A stretch of 63,806 nucleotides of DNA, the filler included, from Choristocarpus tenellus KU-1152 (taxonomy: Eukaryota > Protista > Phaeophyceae): assembly GCA_964200185.2 (NCBI GenBank). It is 10 parts of 10 records of this genome, joined end to end, with 100 filler letters (N's around TTAATTAATTAA, not from the genome) between each part and the next. Parts side by side here need not be neighbours in the genome. Positions count along the whole stretch, not along the records: positions 36,404 to 44,507 come from CAXNAD020005140.1; positions 44,608 to 48,439 come from CAXNAD020017678.1; positions 48,540 to 54,383 come from CAXNAD020009614.1; 7 more parts are not named here. The stretch is one strand, 5' to 3'. This document shows, in pieces, positions 40,916 to 53,823 of this stretch (position 1 is the stretch's first letter; each line of letters starts with the position of its first letter). The position numbers and the translations under genes were made by a program. Below the pieces are notes generated by a model, which worked only from the letters and a program-made list of their open reading frames with translations, was not told the origin of the DNA and made no database searches.

Positions 40916-43900
40916 TTAGGCTTGAACAGTTCGTTGTCGCTTAATCTCAGGGGAACACCCTCCTTCCACACAGGCAACATCTTCCCTCATTCCAACGCTG
41001 CATGCCACCTCTTCTCCCTCAACTTTAGTTACCCCGCATTCTTCATCCTTTTCTCCTTTTTGCTTCCCATTTCCTCCTTCCCTACTCCCTTGACAGCCCT
41101 CACCGCCTCCCTGATCGTCACCAAGCTGCTTTGATAACACCACCCTGTGCTTCAACTCGGTAGAACAGTCCTCTATACAGTTGTCTTTATTGGTTGCCTT
41201 CATTGAGCACCCCTCCCTTGTTGACGCAGCACCCTCTTCTCTTTTCGAACCCAAGAAGTACTCATCGTCATACCTGCCAACATGTTTTTTCATTTTTTTT
41301 TCAGATGCAATATGAGTGTATGCATGTGTGCGGGTCAGGGAGACTAGGTACTAATGCACTTCTCCTTGTAAGCAATTGATAGCATAGCTTGTAGCAAGTA
41401 GACACTGTGTCACCTAAGGATACCGTTGTACTACACTACAACAGAACTCCAGATCCTCTGTGTGCCTGTTGGAGTACCTCAATCCTCAATCCTGTAGTAC
41501 TATTGTGAAGGTTAGCTCACCAGCATGTTCACCATCACACTTGGGCGTGTATTTCTCAAGACACAGACTGCAATGATCCACTTTCTCCCTGTCTCAAATA
41601 AATCAACACTTACCTCTTACACAGCCATTCACACTACTTTGAAGTCACTTGTTGTACATGTTTTACAACCAACACTTCAAATAGTAGCGTAGCAGTGCAC
41701 ATCGTATTGTGTCCAATCTACCGTGCGATCCCAGAGCCTAGCTACAACATTGGAAAAATCGACATTAAAAAAATTCTTCATCACTTCGTACTCCAGATTT
41801 ATCTACTCACCCTAGTACAATATTGCAATACAAACTGCAATATGAACTACTAGACGGATATAAAAAATGAATCAACATCACAATCAAGTATAGCACTGCC
41901 GTCTAATACCATGTTAAATCCTTCTCAAAACCTAGTCTGACTTCGAGTCCCCTAAACAGCAAAAACCTTAGTACACCATCCACCTGTATGTAACAATGTA
42001 TAAAAAAACCCCATTTAAATAGTACAGCAGTAGATCTCAGTGATGATCGCAACACAAGGCATCCAGAGGCTGCTACACATTGGCACCAGCATCAACATCA
42101 ACACGCAGCATTCTCGACCACTGCCGTCACCACATCCAATCCTGCCGTAGATCGAGCAAAACAATACATAGCATACAGAACAGAATACTCTTGCACACTG
42201 TGTGACGCCATCTTGTAACATTTTTGGCAATGATCAGATTAATCTATAAACAACAACAACGCTAACCCTAACCTCTTACCTGTGAAATGTCTCCCGTGGA
42301 CCGGAGGATAACACGCCACCAATCCCAAGGTTTTCCATGTGAACTCTTCGCCTGGTGTTTAGGTTGGGGGACAAATGTTTTCATCTATCTATTAAGTGTT
42401 GGGAGCTCTTAGCAAAAGGCTTTGCTCTGCCTTTGTTCTGAGCTAAGAAAGGGTGCGCAATATTGGATATTGTACCACAGACACATACACCATCAAATAC
42501 ACACATACAAAAAATATATACACATTCTCCTGACTTGAGAAATTCGATCAAACCATCCGAAAAACGATAAATTGTGAGTTGCCTGGTTGGTCCGATATTG
42601 TAAACGACCAAAACAGGTGGAAAAAGAATGCCGATATGCTTCAAAAACCATGTAATGTAAGAAAAAAAAAATTCCAGCAGGTTTTGACACGAGCAACTGT
42701 AAGTTTTAAAGGAAGGCAGCAGTGAGCACTCCATAGAGACATAGACGACCACTGCACAAAAACTAAACCCTGTATAGTATTTTAATATGCTGTTGTAGTA
42801 TTTTCCGAAAATTTGATGAACAAGAGCTACCATAGAATTGACACACAGATACGTAGCTGCTATTTGAAGGCCCTTATTTCAAACCATGAATTGTTACAAT
42901 CTACAGGGTAGGGAGAGAGGTAAATGGGGGATGACACAGTGGAAATGATGCAAGAGATGTCTTCATCTGCTGCTGGGAGAGATTGAATAAGCCGTCAAGG
43001 ACTAGGTCAAGGTTGATCCCTTTTTCCAATTCCTTCACTAGACGACTGCAGTAATTGTAGTAGTGGTATCCATTTCCCAACCCTAGTGATCATAACCATA
43101 TCAATCACAAAATAATTCAAATGAGTTGCAGATGTGTGTGCGTGTAGAGTCAATCTTTACCAAAATAGGAATGATAATAGAAAATAAGGATCTCATGCTA
43201 ATCTCCACATGCTACTTCCATACATAGCTTGCCTTTCCAGCTCTTGGTGGTGCTCATGCTCAATACCCCAAACACTTGCCAACTGTTCAAGCGTCTTTGC
43301 TCTTGACACTGCAGTCATGTCGGGAGACCCATAAGGAAGATCAATCTTAAGCCTCTTCTGAGATGTGGCATGTTCGTATTCAACAGGGTTACATTGGGCA
43401 GGCGTGCACAGAGGGGACGAAAGGTTCCAGATAGGTGAAACGTTAATGAGGTGGAGCAGACAGGAGGTTATGCAGGCTAAGGTATCCCTATTACAGCTGT
43501 GTGTACTATCATCTATCTCAACAATTATGCCAGGAAATGATGGTATGAGAAACACAATCTGCTCCAGACATAGGCCACAAACCACGCAAAGATGTGAGAG
43601 ACTGAGGGTACCACATATAGGCAGGGATTTGCATACAAATAATGCCCACCAGAGACAGTTGGGTATCGTGTGAGGGTACTCTATAGCTGATGCTATCAAC
43701 ACCATGTCACCTGTGCTAAACCAAAATCAAACATAGCAGGAATTCCATGGTATCAGTCATTCTTAATGTTCCAAAGCTCTTCTACTATCAATACCTCGTG
43801 CTCCAATCCCTCACTCCAGCAGCAGTAGTATTACATTTAGGGTCGCTATTACAATAAATATCAATAACTTGGAAGTAGTACAAACCACGGAGTTGCAACA

Positions 43901-44207
43901 TCCCATCATCCTCCTCTCGACTCTCGCATGCTTTTTTTTTTTTTTTTTACTATTGGGAATAGGAGGAGATCCTTTTTGTATTGGTTCAACTCCAGAGCAC
44001 CCCAAAATGCTACAACACAGTTGTGCAAAAAAAAAGTGAGACAAGACCAAAACACGCCTGAGTACACTTTGGGAACGACTTCTTAGAGCAACCAACCTTG
44101 AGGTGGTCTGGGTGTCTCCGTCTGGTCATCATTTCCATCACCGTATACTTGGCACTCTGCTGCAAGGCATCGTACTTGACACACTCCCGAATGTATTGTA
44201 GGATCAC
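40916..44207 (-). CDS. DUS2: tRNA-dihydrouridine synthase 2-like, 3' part; exons 44207-44097, 43357-43233, 42351-42280, 41273-40916
   Basis: VILQYIRECVKYDALQQSAKYTVMEM and AVSRAKTLEQLASVWGI resemble the DUS2 helical domain (V..Y.R..V.YD.....KY...M). Exons join in phase. The catalytic domain is not in this contig. Confidence 0.6.
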
Positions 44208-45397
44208 CTTCATCGTGATTGTTATGCCACACATAAGCCGCAACAGGGGGGGAGTTAGACCGTGTCAGTTGTAACTGTAGCGAGACAAAGGAAAAAATGA
44301 AACATAAAAAAATAAATAGGGGCACAGAGTCTGGTCGGCAATACAGTTCGTAACATCGCAAGAAAACATTGACACTATTTTGGTATACCTTCTACCGACA
44401 GCGTTTAGTCAACTTCAAACTTGACTTGCCGAATTCGTTAGTCGTCCACCTAACAAAGCATCCTACTTATTACAGGGGGTTAGCATTAGGGTTAGCGTTA
44501 GGGGGGGNNNNNNNNNNNNNNNNNNNNNNNNNNNNNNNNNNNNNNNNNNNNTTAATTAATTAANNNNNNNNNNNNNNNNNNNNNNNNNNNNNNNNNNNNN
44601 NNNNNNNAATCGCGACATGAAAAAATTGCTCCCAAATGGACAGCCGCCACCCCCTCCCAGATACTTTGAGCCAACTGGCTGACAAAGGGAAACAATGGCG
44701 GTGGCCCTCCCTACCGCTTTTCTTGTGTCGGCAAGGTAATGTAAGGGTTTCATATCTTGAGAGGCAGAACCTTCAGAGACATGGAGGTACCACCATGTAC
44801 ATATTGGAAAGGGGGAGGTGTGACTGTTCAAATATGCTGTGCAGGTTGATAGCCCACCGATCAGTTGGTGAAATCACTGTTGTGCAATGTGTTGCTGTAC
44901 GATTTGATTGGCAACCTGTGAGCTTGATTTAAATAAAGTGGCTGCAAGAAGTTCCTACACACTAAGGTGAGAACACAACAGATCAGAAAGATTGAAGCAA
45001 CCCTCCACACCAGGCCTTCTTTTGTTCCTGAAAACAAAAAAAGATAATCAATTCATACTCGGAAATGTTTCGTTCCATGGTGATAATGATGATGTTGTTG
45101 ATGATGATGGTACTCGGCTTGCTTCTTGACCTGTTCATTGTGCTCTGTTTGGATTGCAATTGAATCTCTGCACTTGGTTAACTTCTCCTTGATTGTATCG
45201 ACAGTCAAATTCAGTATGTTTGCACTCGATGACCCAATGTGTTGCTAGATTCACAAGAGGAAATCTCTGCATTTCCTGTTATGGTACAAGACACAGCAGC
45301 AGCATTGCCACAATACTGCCACTACTGTGCTCGGAAGGTAACACACCCACCAACATAGACTATGATAACTCCCAACACATGCTACACAACAGCACAC

Positions 45398-48116
45398 CTC
45401 CAGTGTAACAGTCTCTGTGATGACCCTCCTCCCTCCGCAAATAGGGCACTTGAGATCAGATATTCGACCCATACCACCACAGACCTGGCCATGTGGGAAA
45501 TTGGGTTCACAGTTGATATATTCTTACCATTCCGTGGTTCTATCTCAGCAGCAATAAGGCACAACAGGGTGCTTCTAAGATATTGTAGGAGGGCTGAAAA
45601 TTGTAGGGTAGATCGCAGATATCAGATTTCTGATGAATGACAAGAGAGGTACTTGTATGTGTTCACACTTCTGTTTTTTGGTTAACAGAAGCTGGCCGAC
45701 CAATCAGTGCTCGTCCACAAGCCCCTTCAATCAACCAGAAACGTTACTGCAGGAAAAAAAAAATCCCCTCCCGCCCCCACTATCCTCATCTTCGAGGCAC
45801 TGATTGCAGGTCGACAATAAGATCTAATAAAAAAAAAGAGGGAGCACTATATCCCTATCCCTAACCCTATGATATTGTACATGTTCTATTCATAAATCAG
45901 GATCAGAAGATGAATGATATGGTGGCAATATCGTGGATGCGCCTGCCTGCTGGCTCAAAGTATCTGGGGTAGGTAGGGGTAGGGGTCTACATCAGGGTGT
46001 CCATTCGGGTCCTGACCAGAAGAAGTGCACTTACAGTATCCATCCGACACATGCAACCAAATTCACCCAAAAATCACGACATGGAAAAGTAGGCCCCAAA
46101 TGGACAGCTGCCCCTCCCCCCCCAGATACTTTGAGCCTGCTTCCCTAATATTCACACTCCGATTCAAATGTGTGGAGAAATGATAAGGACCTCCCGACAC
46201 AAAGACAGAGCAAAATATCATCATCAACCGCTACTATAACTAAATGCGGGTGCAGGACATTTGGTGCACATGGATTGACCTATGGCACACAGCTTGTACA
46301 TAACTTGTATTTTGGTAGATGGAGAAACACATGCACGTTCTTCCTCCTTGCTTGTTGCCAAGTGCTTGTCAAGTGTAGGCATTGACATTTATGGATGAAA
46401 TGGTCAATGTATTACCCTAGGCACTGCAAGAGACGCATAGAAAGTTACATACTATGATGTCAAAAAATACATTCAAAGAGCAGGATCAAATCATTGATGC
46501 TACTGAGGAAGCTATGTATACATATTGGGGTACCTTGCATGTCATATTGACCACGTGGGCATACCCAGGCATTGGTGTTCCTGTGGTTTCGGCTTCCTCT
46601 GAGAAGTTTCCTCCGGTATAAATACTGTCAGAACATGAATTGCCAAACTCTCCACTCTTCTCTTCCCTCCCATCCTCGTCATTGCTATAGATGTGGTAGG
46701 CGTATCCCTTTCCAGCACACAGCTCACACTATCAGGAGTAGAACACAAGTGTTGCATTGATTTAGCAATGTGTTCAAACCTCATTGATTTGACATGTTTT
46801 GATGCTGTGAAAGCGCACAGTAGTACTGTGTGTCACTTGTTCTACATGGAAAGGAATCGCATCACATTGTTGAGACATTTTTTACGCTGCACTGGGTAAG
46901 AAACTTGTTTTCTGTGTGCACTGCCAGATTCTCTATGATGGGGTAAGGAATGGAGTGGGGGAATAGTACAATGGAGAAATCCTGGCAGTATCCATAAACT
47001 CTGTCCGATTCTGGTTCTTTCTCTTTGGATTAGTTGGAAGGGCAGAATGCGTTCTGCCTATAATCTCCAGGAAGAAGTCTGTGAGCGCCTATGGCAGTAC
47101 TCCCAAGGCAGGAAGTCAGGTCAAGTCAGGGCGAACAGAACACTTCTGTATTGTCAATTTTTCACAGCGTACACGTACACTCATCTTTTTTGAAACTAGA
47201 ATCACAGGAAGTAGAATCCATAGAGATTCTATGAACCTGCTGTTGCTGAAAATGGGCCATGCTGGGAATACTTTCTGTTGTTACTTCCAGTCTCAGTTAT
47301 TGCCTGCAATCACAGCGCTAGCATCCTCACTTTTTCTCATATCTGTCCTTAATTTTTCACAAGCTTCTTCTTCTAACGTCCTACTCCACCCTCCTCCATC
47401 ACTCAACATCAACAATATCATTTGTCTGGGCTTCATGTCAGGATTTGTGAGGCGCATCAAGTCTGGCAATTATGCAACCTAATATATATGCCTTCGCAAA
47501 CCTCACAGTTGTCATGTTCTCAGGGTGAGAGCTCCCAGTAGCCTGGCAGGTGGTGCACAAGCGCTTTCGTGTGACTGTAACATTGGCCTTCTTCCCATTA
47601 AATGCCTCCCCCAGTGTCAATGGTAGCTCTGCCTTGATGTTTGGCGCTTTGTTCAGACCCTGTATGATTGAGGGAACAGTGCCAACACCAGCCAGTCAAT
47701 GCGTTGCCATCCAGTCTACGACAATGCCAAAGAGATAACAAGGCACCTGTGAGTTACTACCCTGCATATCCCTGAGGTGTGATGAGGTCTCACACAGCAG
47801 AGACCGCCAGTGGCATTGTAGAGCTCTATGCCTACTCTTTCTCTGCTGAAGACCAACATTGTAATTTTGATCTACAACAGATTTTGATGTTTTCACTCAT
47901 TATACTATGAGTATTCTATCATGGACAGAAAGAGATAAACCTGTGGAGATCCGACCCATAGAGGAACATATGTTACAGCTTTATCATGCGGCCTACCTGA
48001 CCCTTGTAGCGAAACCACATCCCCCCCCTTCCATGTCCAAAACGTATGAAGGCACTAAAGGGCTTCTGCTCGTATTTGATTCTCTCCTCCTCCTCTGCTC
48101 CGTCCATTCCATCTAT
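45398..48116 (-). CDS. Type I DnaJ/Hsp40 co-chaperone, internal part; exons 48116-47997, 47659-47507, 46728-46534, 45484-45398
   Basis: G/F-rich segment, LTLGEAFNGK, and four zinc-finger motifs CTTCQATG, CELCAGKG, CKVCGGMG, CPICGGRR. All introns are phase-0 GT-AG. Confidence 0.85.
45952..46137. mobile_element. MITE family B, full copy in a DnaJ intron; fragments also at 26252-26323, 26424-26584, 31686-31770, 36404-36423, 44608-44672, 48419-48439, 54484-54557, 63694-63735
   Basis: GGCTCAAAGTATCTGGGG...CCCCAGATACTTTGAGCC, flanked by TGCT on both sides. Confidence 0.9.
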
Positions 48117-48636
48117 CTGCAGTTGGGGGAGATTTAGCATGATTGCAACGCCTAATCAATTATTTTTCTCCTCATACTCTAGGGAACGTTTGGTATGGCA
48201 GGTAGTATGAGAGATTCAGCTCTACAATGGTTCAGGAATGGGAGGAAGTTAACTTGAGGGTAGCACTTATTGTAGGATTGTAAAGTTCCTGGGTATTGTC
48301 TCGCATTTGTGGCTGTTTGATCATATAACTTATGCCTTCATTTAGACAGAAGCACAGCGCTCAAAATAATTTTAGTTGGGTTACTCAAATGTTGTCCGTC
48401 CCAAATACTTCATATTATGGCTCAAAGTATCTGGGGGGGNNNNNNNNNNNNNNNNNNNNNNNNNNNNNNNNNNNNNNNNNNNNTTAATTAATTAANNNNN
48501 NNNNNNNNNNNNNNNNNNNNNNNNNNNNNNNNNNNNNNNGAGCTTGCACTGATCTAGTATTAACAAGTGAGTGCTCTTGGCTGAGACCAAACAGATTCCT
48601 CCCCTCCCCCCCCCCCCCCCTCCCCCCAAAGCAAAC

Positions 48637-50581
48637 CTTGTCAGCGGTAAAAACGAGACCGTCTGATACAAGCCTAGCGAGCCACTTCTCCACCACTTCA
48701 GAGTTCACATCTGATGGATCCGCAGAGTCAGAGAGTAGGTGCACCTTGAGGCAGAGGATCCCGATGCACCAGGATAGTCAGCAAGTAGCCAGAACAGGGG
48801 GCAGGGGGGGGGGGGGGGGGGGGGGGGAGGGTTGGAAGGCAGACATGCAGGGGTTGGGGTGTGAAATGAAAGAGTACTAGCAGTTCGACATGAGTTGTTT
48901 TGAGATGGAAGAGGCTCCTTCCTTGTGTTCAGCTTGGGGGGTGGGAAACGTACCTCAATGAAATCACACCTTGCTAAAAATGACTTCAAAAAACAAGAAT
49001 AGAGGCTTCTGACCAACTTGGCCTCACCATTCAGACAAGTCAAACCTTCTTACCATTATGACAACATAAAAAATTTAGGAGTGTTTCCTTCACTTCCACA
49101 CCTGCAAAGTATCTCCTCAGGTCAATAACACGCCTCAGCCTAGTTCTTGCAGAGCAAATGCACATTTGCAAGGTACACAAGGGTGCACCATAGAGGTAGA
49201 GTTACGGCATGGGAACCAGGGCAGGAAGAAGAGAGTGTGTATGGTTTTCAAATGACTCAGTCATCACCTCGCAGCAGAGGGCAGAGAAATCTTCTTCGCT
49301 CATAGTACGCCTTCCGGAATTGGAAACTTCAGTCTTCAACTGCGTGTACGTCTGCGGCAAAGGAATGTCATCATCTTCCCTCTCATTCCCCTGCCCTGTC
49401 CAAGAAGCCCCTTTCTGGTCCACAACTTGAATACGGGCACCACCTGCCATGGTGATCACCAGTTTCTGCCCTATTACATCGCCTAATGCTGTTGAAACAG
49501 CCACCCTCTGTCCCAAGGAGTTGATAAACTCCACGTCTGTCACGCTGGGCTCCACAAATACGGGATCAAAGGGAGCAAGACAAAGGATTTGTATGAGAGG
49601 GTGGAATAGTTGGTGGCGGGGGAAAACAGATTGACCACATAGGTAGTACACCATCGGCTTCAGAGAAATAGAGGTTTGAAGCTGTTGGGGTGAAGCGACA
49701 AGAAGCCAGCAGGTTTGCAGAGGGGCTGAACAGGTATTTCCAGTGTCACCAAAATTAGAACAAGGAACTTGTATCCATTGTTTCCATTCAAGAACATGGC
49801 ACAGAGGGAAACCCTCTGCAAAGTGGGGGCTCCAATATTAAAGTTCGTGTTACGCAACATTGCAAAGAAGTAAGGGATTAGGGAATAGCCTTTCAGGTAA
49901 TGAAACCATGCTGCCTGCAAAATATTGTGAGAGCCAATGAACAGTCCGCTAGTCCAATACATGTGGTGGATCGATACAGAGTTGTAAGTCACGGGTGCAA
50001 AGAAACAGAGGCTACCATGCCAATTACTCAAAACACCATAGCACTAATATAATACACAAGATTAGGACACCCATTGCACATCTTTAAGTGTGTCACCCAC
50101 CCATTGAAACGTTCACCTGCTATCCAGTCGCCTGAGGTTTGCCACCAGCTCATGCAGAGGGGCCTTCACCCGTGCGCTCACCGGGGTTAAACCAGGTACA
50201 CCCGGCAAGGGTAGATTCATGAGAACATTTCCATTCGATACCACTAGACCAGTGGTAATATCCACGGGTGGCAGGGACGATATCAACCTCAACGGTTCCA
50301 GGTACCTGTGGATCTGTATAGGTGTTCACAGTCAGAAGAACTGCACATCTAACGTCTAGTTGGCATGGATCCTGGAGGTCTCCTTACTGCTGCTGGAAAG
50401 GAAGTGTAAAATCGAATGTTTCTACAATTTTCCACCTTGTTGATCTCATATTCCTCTAAGCACATGGCATTAAACAGAAAAGACTAAGAATGGACCTTCA
50501 AGAATGTGATTTCAAAGCCTTGACTAAAGCCAGAACGGCACCTTTGCCACAGTTCCCGTTGAAGGCCGGAGAAGTGGCCAT
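48637..50581 (-). CDS. Partial orphan gene; exons 50581-50542, 50313-50117, 49815-49268, 48744-48637; continues past contig end
   Basis: Four GT-AG-bounded exons join in phase into about 300 codons without a stop (MATSPAFNG...VVEKWLARLVSDGLVFTADK). Confidence 0.6.
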
Positions 50582-50847
50582 CCTCTCACAAGTGAGCGTA
50601 CGGCCATGAGTGCTGATACGCTGCGGGTTCTTCAATCTTGGTGATGTGAAGGGATGACTTTTGTGTTGCTTGGAATTGAGGTAGTGGCATTGTTGTTTCA
50701 AAATATTTCAGTGTTTTTTTTCGACATTTTGAAGTGGAACCAACAAATAGAGAGTTGTACGGGTTGGTAACTTAATAACAACACGAGGTAGCTTTAGTCC
50801 TTTTGGGGGCACTGCTAAGGGCAGAGACCTCCTAAGGTCAGGTAAAG

Positions 50848-53823
50848 ATGAGAGAAGATCAGGTGGAGAATGGTGTGAAATTTCTCATCCATCCCAAGGT
50901 TAAGACGGCCCCCCTGTCACAGAGGGTTAGCTTCCTTGAGGGCAAGGTGAGGAATGATGTTGATGTTCACGCAGGCAGGACAAGACGGGAAAGACTGTCG
51001 AGAGCCTCCAGTGGCTTCCCTCGACGCCGCATTTTCTTCGTATTATTAACCAACTTTACCCTTGTAAAGGGATTAACGCCGGAGGAGATCTCAGCGGCCC
51101 TGTCTCGAGTGGAGAGCAACACTGGACAAGGGACAGCTCTTGGAGAGGGTGGTCAGCAGTAAGTATAGAGCGCATTCCATACTTTCACATTTGTATTAGG
51201 ACCTAGAAATCCCGTGTCAGATAGGGTAGCACGACCAATTCTCATTGTTTTATGCCTAGTGAGGAATGCCTGCCCCAGTGATTGATCATGGTAGCACTCA
51301 CCGAACTCTCACAACTTCTTCCTCATCAACTTACATTCTGATACTCCAACCGATTGTCTTGGATACTGTGTTCTTCTGGTATCACATTGTGGGGCATGCG
51401 TCATCCACGCCTCCTCTCTCTCTCTCTCTCCGGTTACCCAACAGATCAGATCTTGGAAGCAGCTTGCTTGGGTCGCAAACTTTCAAAGGAGGGCTTCAGG
51501 TTGAACCAGAGGTTTCTCTCTGGCGAAAATTGGCAGTACCCGGAGCGCTAGTGGTTGGAGGCCTCGGTGCAGTGGGCGCTTACCGAGCTATGGCACCTTC
51601 CATGGCCTCCTATAGGGCTCGGGGGGTCGTTGGACAGGCCGGACAACCGATGATGGATCCGTACTCCTCACGTGACTCACCAACCCAGACCCATCTCAGT
51701 GGCGGGAGAGAAGGATACGGAGTGGCGACCGCGACTACCATAGGACCAGAAGGAACTGATCCTGATGCTGATGGTATGGGGGGGGGGAGTTTTCCTCATC
51801 AGGAGCCCATAGCTACTCGTACGATGGTGAAGGCAACGGTCACGACCATAGTGGAGGGGTCTCAGAAGGGGCGACCACCTTCAGGCTGGCAGGGGAGTTC
51901 CGGCGGCTCACAGAGGCGATAGAGCGACAGACGGGCCAGCTTGGGGAAGCTGTGGGTGCAATGAAGACACTCGCGGTCAGGGCGGAGGAGGACAGCAGTA
52001 GCCTCCTTGCGGCCCAGGTCACAAACCACACTTCCGAGCTGCGGGCAGAGCTCAACACCATTAGGCAGCTCTTGCTCCTTCAGGCAAATAACGGAGTGAC
52101 TGGGGGGACTGTTTCCCTAGGATTATCAGGTGGAGATCATGTAGGGTCACCAGAGGAAGGGGTGGGGACAGGGGCCGGAACAGGAGTGGAGACAGGAGAG
52201 AACAAGTGTGATGGTTCGTTGGTGGTAGAGAGTAGTAATGTTGTTGCCCCAGAACAAGCAGCTGCCTCTAAGCTGGATGAGCAAGACACTGAAAAAAGTG
52301 AGGATAAAGGTATGTAGGGGGTATACATAGAGGCTTTTATCAGGGCTTTATCTCTTACTTCTCTCTGCCCCTCTTCCTATTTCAAGGCACTTATGGGGAG
52401 GGTATGCTTGAAAGATATGTAAATATCATTCCTGTTTTTTTTTAGATGATACCAAAGTGTAAGCAATACAAGTAGGAGTTGTTTGTTTGTTTGCTACACG
52501 ATATGCAACCTGTACGCATGGCTGTTGCATTGACCTTAGGCATTGGGCAACACAATTGTGTGTTCTTGGTACCTATCGGTATTGCCTGTTGTATACTATG
52601 GCATCATAGCATCAAGGGATGTGTTGACTTGGGCTTGTGTTTGACGTTGGTAAGCTGCGAAAGAGATATGAACCGATTTGAGGTGGTTATTTTTCCCTGA
52701 TTTGATCCGTTTTCTGCTTGTTTTATTATATGCAGTCTTTGTTCGGTAGTATTAATGGTGTACTTGAAAGTTCGAGATATGTCTTTTGACATTTAGTCCT
52801 GCAGCATTAGCTACAGAGATTCCTACAGAAAGGAGAAGCTCAAGCATACCGTTACAATGCTAGTACCTTATTATCATAGCTACAGGTGTGTAGATAGCTA
52901 TGCTCAATGGCTTTCATTGGGTATGTGCTTGTATCATCTCTCTACGGTTTGAAACATTGGATGAGAAGCAGGATTTTGGCAGCGATAGAGGGAATCACTG
53001 AGAAAGTGAGAGCAAATGAAGAAATGGGCCAGGTTCATTGTTCATGCCAAGGCCTATAGTTGGAGGTCATTTGTATTAATTGTATTTGAGAAAAATGCTC
53101 AAGAGTCATCCTACATCGTTGCCTCCCTCCCCACCCCCCACCCCCCTCTCAACACTTAAAAGTGCTCTTTACCACACTACGGCAGAAATATTCCTTGGGT
53201 ATCCCGTGAAAATCTCGTAATTCAACGTCCATAGACTTGTTACATGTGAAGGAGCCTATGCATTATGTATTACAGGATTTGAAGATTGATACACTATATC
53301 TGTGTTCCAAGGTGTGCACTTACACTCTACTGCACTAGGGTGCAGGCCTGGTACTATTGACCAAGTTTTACCCCGATGGGCCTGGGCCGCCGTGCTCCTT
53401 TTTTCAAGGCACTTAAATGCCTCCTGTTGCACCCTGTGAATATTACAGGAGTCATCCTCGCCTCCGCCGCTAGCCCTCCGATGATTACGTCCTCCTATTT
53501 CGGTCCACTCTTTTCAATACCGTTTTTGACCAATCAGACGGGGAGAAGGGAAAAGATGAGCTGACGGAGGCGGAGGCGGAGGCAAAAGCAGCGGCAGAGG
53601 CAAAGGCAGCTGCAGAGGCAAAGGCAGCTGCTGAGGAAGCAGCGAGAAAGGTGGCTGAAGAGCTGTGTGCCAAGAGGAAGAAAGAGGCCCTAGAGCGTAT
53701 TGAAACTGTTCTTACATCGAATTCCCCTGAGTCAGTCAAGGAAGGGGTGCCTATGTTGAAGCTGTTCCTGTCCAACCTTGCCGAGCACCCAACTGTCCCA
53801 CGATATCGCCGCATTTCGACCAG
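50848..53823 (+). CDS. PEX14: Peroxin 14 with coiled coil and start of a PUB-like domain, partial; exons 50848-50946, 51070-51158, 51445-52309, 53538-53823
   Basis: Pex14_N motif REDQVENGVKFLIHPKVKTAPLSQRVSFLEGKGLTPEEISAAL, hydrophobic segment WRKLAVPGALVVGGLGAVGAY, coiled coil, then LKLFLSNLAEHPTVPRYRRIST. One frame change is needed near the G10 run at 51778-51787. Confidence 0.85.
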
